Below, one piece after another: positions 7,389-15,703 of a DNA stretch of 25,277 bases. The stretch covers positions 1 through 25,277 of the forward strand of contig JAWBQR010000013.1 in the NCBI GenBank assembly GCA_038845265.1, given 5' to 3'. The stretch is from Nitrososphaerota archaeon (lineage in GTDB: Archaea > Thermoproteota > Nitrososphaeria_A > Caldarchaeales > Calditenuaceae). The translations under genes were made by a program, and so were the position numbers. Every line of letters begins with the position of its first letter. The first letter of the stretch is position 1. Under the pieces are notes generated by a model that worked only from the letters and a program-made list of their open reading frames with translations, was not told the DNA's origin and made no database searches.

Positions 7389-8738
7389 TTAGACTTCTAA
7401 ATAATCTTTAACTTTCAGCTTTTCAACTCTACCCTCAAAAGAAACGAGGGCTTCTTCAATTTTTTTGTGAGCATTATCTAATAAGTTTTCAAGCGATTTT
7501 CTAATCATTTCTAAAATTCTAGTTTCACTGGGTGATAATTTTAATTTGTCTTCTTTTGCGATTAAGTTAAGGGCCTTAAGTCCAGCGGCCATAGTTCTCT
7601 CAAGCTCGTCTTCATGACTTACTAATTCATAGGCAATTTCTTGAGCTACTTTAGGAGCAAGTACATATGCCTGCGGATCAGAATATATATCAGACTCGAC
7701 AAGTAAATCTCTTAACTCTTTCTGCCATCCGAGTTCAATTGCCTTGTTCAATAGTTTTGTATCATAGTATAATATTTCAAGAAAGACTTGCGGGCCATAT
7801 CCACCGAATAGTTTAACATTTTCGATCTGCTCATTTGACCAGAGATCAGCGGCAGCTTGAGAAATATTTCCTAAAAGGCTTGAGTGGGCTGATGCGGAAC
7901 TTTTTCCTTCCATCGAGATTGGATACCCAGTTATAGACTTTATAATTATGTTCTCATAACCACAATCTTTTCCAGGACCAATTGCTCCCATCTCATATGC
8001 AACCAAACTTCTACTAGCTGACATTGCCCTGATAATTGCTGCTAAGGTGTGAGGTATGACGCGGTCTTTGAATCCGCCTGCTAGTTTCATGGCTGTATTG
8101 GCAAAGCCACAAGCAGTATCCCCGCCCGGAATTACGTTGTTGGTTCTAGCAATACTGACGATTTCTTTCCAAATTTTTTTCATGTCAAGTATAGCTAGGT
8201 ATCCCAGCGAGGCGGTTATACCTACTAAGTCTTGTCTTATAACTGCATAGTTGAATAACTCTTTTCCACCAAGAGATTCTATTGATAATACATCCGCACC
8301 ATTTTTAGACACCTCTTCAAATGTTTCAAGCATTTTGTTGAGAGACTCTTCATCGTTTTTAGGTTTCGCGAAGTCACGAATGTCAGCCACAGTTACGCGG
8401 AACCCTATCCTTAAATCATGTTCCTTTGAATATTTTTCAATAATCTCTCTTTGCTTATTAATTATCTCTCCGGCAAGTTTTGGCTGCGTGGTCTCGATGT
8501 ATGTCAGCTCCGTCTCCAACTGCAGGTCCATTATTCCTAAATCTAACGCCCTCTTCAAAACATCTTCCGTGATTTTTATGTATTCATCCTTAAGGTCCTT
8601 ATCAGCTCTCGGAAAATATTTTATCTCAGGGATTACTTTGCCTATCCCAACTTCTAGGCCAGTACCATATCTTAATGGATGCTTTGAATATCCAAAAACT
8701 AATTCGTCAGCACTCATCTCCAATGACTTGAACCTCAT
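7389..8738 (-). CDS. mtaB: Methanol:corrinoid methyltransferase, MtaB family
   Basis: These blocks match my recollection of Methanosarcina MtaB: ELVFGYSKHP, IPEIKYFPR, NGADVLSIESLGGKELFNYAV, GGDTACGFANTAM, RSLVAYEMGAIGPGKDCGYENIIIKSITGYPISMEGKSSASAHS. The Zn-ligand positions (E in ESxGGKE, C in DTAC, C in KDCGYE) are conserved. Confidence 0.85.
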   Translation of the reverse strand: MRFKSLEMSADELVFGYSKHPLRYGTGLEVGIGKVIPEIKYFPRADKDLKDEYIKITEDVLKRALDLGIMDLQLETELTYIETTQPKLAGEIINKQREIIEKYSKEHDLRIGFRVTVADIRDFAKPKNDEESLNKMLETFEEVSKNGADVLSIESLGGKELFNYAVIRQDLVGITASLGYLAILDMKKIWKEIVSIARTNNVIPGGDTACGFANTAMKLAGGFKDRVIPHTLAAIIRAMSASRSLVAYEMGAIGPGKDCGYENIIIKSITGYPISMEGKSSASAHSSLLGNISQAAADLWSNEQIENVKLFGGYGPQVFLEILYYDTKLLNKAIELGWQKELRDLLVESDIYSDPQAYVLAPKVAQEIAYELVSHEDELERTMAAGLKALNLIAKEDKLKLSPSETRILEMIRKSLENLLDNAHKKIEEALVSFEGRVEKLKVKDYLEV

Positions 8739-8900
8739 TTAATAATTCACCTTAGCTACGTATCTCAGAAAATACTACTCTCCAAAAATATAAGCATTAA
8801 TATCTCGATGAGCAATAAATTAAATTGTTTAAGATACTCTAAGCTTTTTACTTTAATTAAACTTTTATAATTGACTACCGAATATTTACTTGCTTAGGCC

Positions 8901-10037
8901 TTGGTAGAACCTATAGAACGCGTATTATCAGTTCTCAATCATAAGGAGCCACCCGACAGAATTCCAATTGATTTTGGAAGTCCAATAAATGGTATTCACC
9001 ACATTGCTTTAAGGAGGCTCTTATCTTTTATTGGAGCAGAAAACTACCCAGTGATTATATTTGATAAGATGCAAGGACTTGCAGAAGTTCCTGAATTTTT
9101 GCTACGGCATTTCGGCGTAGATTTTAGACACGTAAGAATTAATCCTCCACTCGTAAGTGAGGTCAGATACATATCCCAAGACAGCTTCGTAGACGAGTTT
9201 GGAATAACATTTGAGAGACGTGGATATTATTTTGAGATGGTTGAGGATAAAAAACCTCTGTACAACGCGAAGACTCTGCAGGACGTAGAGAAATATATTC
9301 CTCCAAAAGCTCATGAAGGTAGGGTCAGAGGGCTTAGAAAAATTGCTAAGCATTATAACGAGGACGGCTACGCAGTTGCGATGAACTGGTTCACTGGTGG
9401 ATTATGGGAATTAACTCAGTGGCTTCACGGTATCTCAAACTCTTTGAGAGATATAGTCCTGAATCCAGAATTGATGAATGCAATTCTTGACAAAGTATTA
9501 GAGATACATATGAATTTTATTGAAATTATATTGAACGAAGTAGGGGATTATATCCACATTATGCGGTACGGCGATGATTACGGAACCCAGCTAGGTCCTC
9601 AAATGTCCCCTAAGGCATGGGAATACTTCATTTATCCTAGACTAAAAAAATTTGTTTCATATATTAAGAATAATGCCAAGGTTAAAGTCCTATTACATTC
9701 CTGCGGAGGAATCAGGCCATTAATACCTAAATTCATCGATGCAGGAATAGATATATTGAATCCACTACAACCAAGAGCGAAAGGAATGGACAGAAAGGAG
9801 CTTAAAAAAGAATTCGGAGGCAAATTAATTTTCCATGGAGGACTAGACGAGCAATATGTTTTGCCAAGAGGTACAATTGAAGAAATAGAAACAGAAGTAA
9901 AAGATGTAATACAGACCTTCTCTCCTGGAGGAGAGTATATCTTCTCACCTGCACACAATATACAGCCAGATGTCCCACCTCAAAACATATTGACTGCTTA
10001 TACAGCGGCTTTATGGTATGGAACATATACAAAATAA
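8901..10037 (+). CDS. Uroporphyrinogen-decarboxylase (URO-D) superfamily methyltransferase, MtaA/MT2-like
   Basis: The N-terminus (VLNHKEPPDRIPIDFG) and the C-terminal blocks (LLHSCGG, DILNPLQP, IFSPAHNIQPDVPPQN) are typical of the URO-D/MtaA/CmuA family. The only in-frame start before these blocks is TTG 8901. It is divergent from mtaB. Confidence 0.7.
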   Translation: MVEPIERVLSVLNHKEPPDRIPIDFGSPINGIHHIALRRLLSFIGAENYPVIIFDKMQGLAEVPEFLLRHFGVDFRHVRINPPLVSEVRYISQDSFVDEFGITFERRGYYFEMVEDKKPLYNAKTLQDVEKYIPPKAHEGRVRGLRKIAKHYNEDGYAVAMNWFTGGLWELTQWLHGISNSLRDIVLNPELMNAILDKVLEIHMNFIEIILNEVGDYIHIMRYGDDYGTQLGPQMSPKAWEYFIYPRLKKFVSYIKNNAKVKVLLHSCGGIRPLIPKFIDAGIDILNPLQPRAKGMDRKELKKEFGGKLIFHGGLDEQYVLPRGTIEEIETEVKDVIQTFSPGGEYIFSPAHNIQPDVPPQNILTAYTAALWYGTYTK

Positions 10038-10052
10038 TATATTATTATGAAT

Positions 10053-10832
10053 TTATATCTTGGATAAAATATCTTGGTATTTCTCATTTCTCGTTATGTC
10101 TCCTTCAGATTGAATAAGCCACGTCATCCAACAAAGTTCAATCGGCCTATAGTTGCATAATTTAGCGACTTCTTCGACTTTCTTAATAAATAATACATCA
10201 TCATTTATTGGTCTAAGACCTGCTTTAATAAAAATCTCGTTTATGACCCTTTTAACAACTTTATCTGGCATAATAGTATCTACTCCACCCATCATTCTAA
10301 GGTATTGATATGTGATCAACCCGACCCCCCTAATCTTGCCAATTGGGTCTCCTTTCCATAAGTCTAGTTTTGAATTTGCAGCCCAAGTCCTTAATGCCAT
10401 CCTATCATTCTGATGAATAGAAGATAGGTACTGTGCTATCTGTTTTGCAACAAACCATGATCTTTTATTTCTCCATATAGTTCTTAACTCTTCTAACTCA
10501 ATGATTCCAAGATCTCTCAGACTTTTTACTCTCCCATTATAAACAAATTTCTCAGCAAACTCTAAGACCTTAGGAACAACTGTTTTAAAATAGTTTAAGC
10601 CAATTGACGTAAAAGCTGCATCTATTACCATCAAGACCACATTTCCATCCCATCTCTCTGTTCTAAGACATCTATCACAAAACTCAGAAAGTCCACTAGT
10701 CTTCTCCATATAACCATCAATAATTTTCTTCAGCAGAGAAAGTTGGTCCCTCATGTTAAAAAGAGACTCTGAAGCCCTTACACGCATCTCCTGTATCTTT
10801 GCCAAGTTTCCTCCTAAATTCTTAATAATCAT
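10053..10832 (-). CDS. hypothetical protein (259 aa) with a helix-hairpin-helix / GPD-like motif; possible divergent HhH-GPD DNA glycosylase
   Basis: IRGVGLITYQYLRMMGGVDTIMPDKVVKRV aligns by eye with the EndoIII block [29 protein letters not shown]. The Asp falls 22 versus 23 residues after GVG. The EndoIII Lys position is Ile. Confidence 0.45.
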   Translation of the reverse strand: MIIKNLGGNLAKIQEMRVRASESLFNMRDQLSLLKKIIDGYMEKTSGLSEFCDRCLRTERWDGNVVLMVIDAAFTSIGLNYFKTVVPKVLEFAEKFVYNGRVKSLRDLGIIELEELRTIWRNKRSWFVAKQIAQYLSSIHQNDRMALRTWAANSKLDLWKGDPIGKIRGVGLITYQYLRMMGGVDTIMPDKVVKRVINEIFIKAGLRPINDDVLFIKKVEEVAKLCNYRPIELCWMTWLIQSEGDITRNEKYQDILSKI

Positions 10833-10930
10833 TATTAATTATATTAATACCTATACTAAACTAAAACCTACTTGAGAATAAGTTACTACTCCTCCTCAAA
10901 ACTAAAAATAGTCAGCTACCTTTCAGAAGA

Positions 10931-11779
10931 TTAATATAGTATTGACGCGTCTGCATCACCTGAAAAACATTCAACACTTTCTTTAATTATTTCTGATGCT
11001 AATTTACAAAACTTTGCTTCAAACCCTATTTCATTAGCCATAGAAAACGCCAACTTAAGGTCTTTTAACATTATTTCCAGTTTAACGCCTAAGGACTCAT
11101 TTTTTAATATTGACTTTATCCAATTTGTCCACATCCAACTCTGACCTGTGCTATTATCTATTATTTCATGGAGCATCAGTAGATCGATTGCTGATTTTCT
11201 AGCTATTTTTAACCCTTCTAACGCAACTAGTAGATTTATATTTGCAATCAAACTATTAATTAATTTAATTTTCTCTCCGTTTCCTAACTCACCCACATGA
11301 TAGATTCTCTGCGCAATAGCTTGAAAAATTGGTAAACATTTATTAAAAACTTCTTTTTTTCCTCCCACCATTATAGTTAATGTTCCTTCCTCTGCTCTCT
11401 TCCGACCACCAGAAATCGGAGCGTCTAATACTTCAACGCCATGATGAACTGCCACCTCTCCGATTTTTCTTATTAATGATGCTGGCACAGTGCTCAATTC
11501 AACGATTACTGAGCCTTCCTTCATTGAGTTTAGTACACCATTTTCACCTAAGATCACTTCTTCAGAAGCGGCAGGGCTTGGGAGACATGTCATAACTACA
11601 TCTGCATTACTTCCTATTTCTTTAAGTGACTTTAATAAAGTTCCGCCTTTTTCAACAACTTTTTTAACGTTTTCTGTATCGGATCTTCTAGCGTATATTT
11701 TTACTGAAAATCCCTTCTTCAGTAAATTCAATACAATTGGTGTCCCCATAGTTCCTACTCCAATAAACCCGATAATCAT
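10931..11779 (-). CDS. NAD(P)-dependent beta-hydroxyacid dehydrogenase (3-hydroxyisobutyrate / tartronate-semialdehyde reductase family)
   Basis: N-terminal Rossmann motif IGFIGVGTMGTPIV. The length of about 282 aa fits. SGG at DAPISGGRKRAEEGTLTIMVGG is typical of the 6PGDH-like NAD-binding family. It lies 19 nt downstream of the aldolase gene. Confidence 0.8.
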   Translation of the reverse strand: MIIGFIGVGTMGTPIVLNLLKKGFSVKIYARRSDTENVKKVVEKGGTLLKSLKEIGSNADVVMTCLPSPAASEEVILGENGVLNSMKEGSVIVELSTVPASLIRKIGEVAVHHGVEVLDAPISGGRKRAEEGTLTIMVGGKKEVFNKCLPIFQAIAQRIYHVGELGNGEKIKLINSLIANINLLVALEGLKIARKSAIDLLMLHEIIDNSTGQSWMWTNWIKSILKNESLGVKLEIMLKDLKLAFSMANEIGFEAKFCKLASEIIKESVECFSGDADASILY

Positions 11780-11798
11780 TTCGAGTTCACTTACATAA

Positions 11799-12710
11799 TC
11801 ATTTATCCAAGAGGTTAAGCGTCTTTAAATAGTGTAATATTTGATTTTTCTCATCAACACCAGTCGGTAACAAAGGAGGTCTTACATATGAATTGCTTAG
11901 TACATTACGAACAACTAATCCTTCTTTAATTCTTGCACTGTTTTGACAAGCAGGATGCCCAAATATTAAATTAGCGAATTTTTCTACAATATTATTAATT
12001 GATATAGCTTTTCTTAAATCTCCACTTTTTACAGCAATGAATAATTCGTTAACTTTCTCAGGTACCAAAGCAGCGAATCCTAGTAGTGCCCCATCTATTC
12101 CTAACGAAAATACTGATAGCAAAATTGTGTCATTACCAGTTAATTTTGATATTTTTCTATCTGTAGCATCAAGTGCTTCAAAATCTGCTCTGCATGTCTC
12201 GAAATCCCATGAAACGTCTTTAATTCCAATAATGTTTTCTATTTTTGTTAATTTTTGAAGCAAGATTGGTGAATAATTGTACGGTCTTGGATGCTGATAA
12301 ATAATTAATGGAAAATTAACTTTATTTGAAATTTCATTGTAGAAATGAAGAATATGTTCCTCAGAGAAACCAAAAAGTATTGAGTAAGGAATCATTATTA
12401 AAGCAGCCTTGGCTCCTAGAGATTTTGCTGTATTTAATTGCTCGATAGTATCCCATAAAGCACCTCCCCTAATACCGGCGATAATTGGTGTTTGTTCACC
12501 TACTTCATTTACTGCTATTTCTATAATTTTTTTTCTTTCATGTAAAGAAAGTGATGATACTTCTCCTACTTCCCCATTTAACAGAAGTGCTGTTACTCCT
12601 TCTTTGTTTACGATCCAATTAATTAATTGCTTAAGCTGAGATTCATCAATTTCTAGATCTGATTTAAATGGAGTGGGTAAAGCTGGGATAATGCCATTAG
12701 GTATGAACAA
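11799..12710 (-). CDS. DHDPS/N-acetylneuraminate-lyase family class I aldolase (KDG-aldolase-like)
   Basis: Family layout: LLLNGEVGEVSSLSLHERKK (GTTGE-like block), IIYQHP (YNxP-like block) and IIGIKDVS (Schiff-base Lys block). 303 aa. Confidence 0.75.
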   Translation of the reverse strand: MFIPNGIIPALPTPFKSDLEIDESQLKQLINWIVNKEGVTALLLNGEVGEVSSLSLHERKKIIEIAVNEVGEQTPIIAGIRGGALWDTIEQLNTAKSLGAKAALIMIPYSILFGFSEEHILHFYNEISNKVNFPLIIYQHPRPYNYSPILLQKLTKIENIIGIKDVSWDFETCRADFEALDATDRKISKLTGNDTILLSVFSLGIDGALLGFAALVPEKVNELFIAVKSGDLRKAISINNIVEKFANLIFGHPACQNSARIKEGLVVRNVLSNSYVRPPLLPTGVDEKNQILHYLKTLNLLDK

Positions 12711-12782
12711 TTCTAATCGTGTATAAATTGAATGAAGGCATTATTTAAACATAATACTTATATTGATCTTTAAAGAAAAAAG

Positions 12783-13610
12783 TTGCGAATGACTTTGAGG
12801 ATTGGATTATCAACTGCACCCTTTATGTGGAGCTATACGTTATTTGAAGCAATCAATATCGTACGTGAGCTAGGATATTCTGGAATATCTTTACGGACTG
12901 GGGAACCTCATGCATGGCCCTTCAATATGTCAGCTGAGGATAGAAGGCGTTTAAGTTTAGCTCTTGAGGAAAAAGGGCTAGAACCAATGTTGATCTGCCC
13001 CTCATGGGGCGATATTAACCTTGCAAGTCCTGAGCCCGATGCGAGAGAGTTTTCTATAAAGGTTGTTAAGGAGAATATTGTGTTGGCTCAAAACTTAGGT
13101 TTTAAAGTAGTCTCACTTATTGCTGGAAGAAGATACTACTTTACAACCCCGCCGTTTGAAAAATCATGGAAATGGTCAGCAGAGAGTTTAAACGAATTAG
13201 CCTACATTGCTGAAAAGTTAAATGTAATGTTGGCGCTAGAACCACTACCAGGCACAAATCTTGTTGAAGAACCTAAACAAGTAATTGAGCTTTTAAAAGA
13301 AGTAAATTCAAAAAATCTCAAGGCACAGTTCGATACAGTCAAAGCTAATGTAATAAAATCGAAAATACCTATAGAGGAGCAAATAGACATTTTAAAAAAC
13401 CACCTAGTATCAGTTTGTTTAGGGGATAATGATGGAACAAAGCTTGATCACTTACCTTTAGGACATGGAACGGTTAACTTTAAAGTAGTAATAAATAAAT
13501 TAAAAGAAATAGGATATAACGATTTTCTAATAGTAGATTTATGGTATCCACAAAATCCGAAAGAAGGAGCAAAAATAAGTATGGATTTTCTAAAAAGAAT
13601 AATTATATAA
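12783..13610 (+). CDS. Sugar phosphate isomerase/epimerase, xylose-isomerase-like TIM barrel (AP_endonuc_2 family)
   Basis: Size and pattern fit the family: ..GYSGISLRT.., LALEPLPGTN, DTVKAN, and DHLPLGHGTVNF near the C-terminus. The track start is TTG 12783; ATG 12789 is more likely. Confidence 0.65.
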   Translation: MRMTLRIGLSTAPFMWSYTLFEAINIVRELGYSGISLRTGEPHAWPFNMSAEDRRRLSLALEEKGLEPMLICPSWGDINLASPEPDAREFSIKVVKENIVLAQNLGFKVVSLIAGRRYYFTTPPFEKSWKWSAESLNELAYIAEKLNVMLALEPLPGTNLVEEPKQVIELLKEVNSKNLKAQFDTVKANVIKSKIPIEEQIDILKNHLVSVCLGDNDGTKLDHLPLGHGTVNFKVVINKLKEIGYNDFLIVDLWYPQNPKEGAKISMDFLKRIII

Positions 13611-13623
13611 ACAACGAAATATT

Positions 13624-14553
13624 TTATATTGTATTTTTACTTTTTGTTAATAATTCAATAGTTTCTATAAGTCTCATTTCGTCCATAATGTTTAACAATT
13701 TAGTTTTGTATTCTCTATTACCTAGTAAGCTTTCTATAAACAATTTGATAAAATTAGATATATTGTTTTCCAGCCAGGGAACTCTTTCTATTTTATTTTT
13801 AGTCTGAAGAAAAACTATGTTCTCAGACGGTCTTGAAATTATAATTCCATCAGTACCTATAACATCAATGAAGACGTCGTCTCTCTTATTTTCATCATTT
13901 ATGATATGTGACACTGAAAGATTTATATTTGCAATCGTATTATTTTTAAATGACAAATTTATAACACTATAGTTCTTATCTAATGTAGTTGATGAATGCA
14001 CCTCAATAGCCTCACTGTTAAAGACCTTCCTTGCAAAATGAATAGCCCCAGTCAAAAGATATAGCAAATCTATGTTTTCTTTTATCCACACAGACCTTTT
14101 AAAATTAATTGAGACGGGAAGACCTATCTCATTTTCATAAATATAACTGAGCATGTCGAGCAATACTGGATGATAATAGATATCATTTATTGGGACAACT
14201 AAAATGTTGTCAATATTATTTAAAATTTTTTTAAAATCGTATATCTCATTTGTATTTAGAGTTAATGGTTCTTCAAACATAACATTTAATTTACTATCAA
14301 TAGCATTTTTAACAATTCTATAACGTGTCTCTAATATTGAACAAACGGATAATATGTTGGGATCCTCATTTTCGATTAATGAATCAAGGTCTTTGTATAT
14401 TAAAACTCCCTTATCATAAATGGCCTTTTCGTTGTCTTTAGCTATCTCGGTAGCACCAACTACTTTTACAAATGTGTATCTAGATAATGCATTAATAATT
14501 TTTTCTTGCAAATGATCGTAACCAACTATGCCGATTCTTAATTCATTAATCAC
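13624..14553 (-). CDS. Gfo/Idh/MocA-like protein with degenerate dinucleotide and catalytic motifs
   Basis: It aligns by eye with the upstream paralogue, but GxGxxG reads IGIVGYDH and the EKP motif reads FEEPL (Lys replaced by Glu). GTG start 14553 is preceded by a strong SD GAGGTGA (14561-14567, 7-nt spacer) directly after the stop of the upstream gene. Confidence 0.6.
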   Translation of the reverse strand: MINELRIGIVGYDHLQEKIINALSRYTFVKVVGATEIAKDNEKAIYDKGVLIYKDLDSLIENEDPNILSVCSILETRYRIVKNAIDSKLNVMFEEPLTLNTNEIYDFKKILNNIDNILVVPINDIYYHPVLLDMLSYIYENEIGLPVSINFKRSVWIKENIDLLYLLTGAIHFARKVFNSEAIEVHSSTTLDKNYSVINLSFKNNTIANINLSVSHIINDENKRDDVFIDVIGTDGIIISRPSENIVFLQTKNKIERVPWLENNISNFIKLFIESLLGNREYKTKLLNIMDEMRLIETIELLTKSKNTI

Positions 14554-14569
14554 GTGATGGTCACCTCTC

Positions 14570-15571
14570 TTATAGTTCTACTGGTTTTCCAGTTTCAGCC
14601 GACTTAACTGCGGCCCAGCTGATTTCCAGTGCCTTTTTTGCGTCTTCTGCGCTAATGCAGGGTTCTTTATTTTCGATTATACAGTCAATAAAATGTCGAA
14701 GCTCCTGCAAATATCCGTGATTAACATTATAATAATCCTGATTTCTTATGTAGATTCCTTTGACATTGTATATTAAAGAATCTATGTTATATGAGTCATA
14801 GTACATGATAGATCCTTCGGTACCTTCTACTTGGACACCATGGTAAAATGGATAATTTCCTGGAATGACGGTTCTGTTCACTTCATATGATCCTATTGAA
14901 TTTCCATTAAATTCTAATGTGATATATATTAAATCTGGCACTTCTAATCCAAAATGAACTTTACGCGCTAAAGCGTATATAGCAGAAGGTTCTTCTCCTA
15001 AGTACCATCGTAGTAGGTCTATTCCATGAATTCCCACTTCAACAATCGGTCCACCACTTTCTTTTTTAATTGTCCACCTCGTCCAAGCGCCCTTCCACCA
15101 AAACCATCCACGGTGCATAAGCATCGCTAACTTTGGACGACCTATTTTGCCCTCATCTATCAATCTTTTTACTTCGTGATAAAACGGCCAGAATCTCATA
15201 TTATGGGCTACCATAAATTTAACTTTCGATTTTTTTACAAGATCAACTATGTCTTCTGCTTCTGCGACTGTTTGGGCTATTGGTTTTTCAACTATTACGT
15301 GTTTCTCAGAATTTAATGCCTCCATTACTACTTTATGATGAAGCTCAGTTGGTAAAAGTATATCGACCATATCGATTTCCTTGTCTTTAAGAATCATTTT
15401 ATAGTCAGTATAATATTTTTCTATTCCATATTTTAAAGCGACTTCTTTTGCTCTATCTTCTATAATGTCGCTAACTGCAATTATTTTTGCCTCGGGAATC
15501 ATATTAAGAGATTTTAGATGTACATCACTGATCCAACCACATCCTATGACACCTACATTTACTTGTCTCAT
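14570..15571 (-). CDS. Gfo/Idh/MocA family NAD(P)-dependent oxidoreductase
   Basis: Canonical N-terminus VGVIGCGWISDVH and the EKP motif (VIVEKPIAQT). 333 aa. Confidence 0.85.
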   Translation of the reverse strand: MRQVNVGVIGCGWISDVHLKSLNMIPEAKIIAVSDIIEDRAKEVALKYGIEKYYTDYKMILKDKEIDMVDILLPTELHHKVVMEALNSEKHVIVEKPIAQTVAEAEDIVDLVKKSKVKFMVAHNMRFWPFYHEVKRLIDEGKIGRPKLAMLMHRGWFWWKGAWTRWTIKKESGGPIVEVGIHGIDLLRWYLGEEPSAIYALARKVHFGLEVPDLIYITLEFNGNSIGSYEVNRTVIPGNYPFYHGVQVEGTEGSIMYYDSYNIDSLIYNVKGIYIRNQDYYNVNHGYLQELRHFIDCIIENKEPCISAEDAKKALEISWAAVKSAETGKPVEL

Positions 15572-15703
15572 TTTATTATTCCTGTCAATTTGTCACAAGT
15601 GCTGTAATTTAAATTTTAATAATAACTAATATGATTTTCAAGAATTAGAAATCTTTATTGATAGAGAAGCAAAAGTAAAATAATAGAATTAAGTGGTAAA
15701 TAA

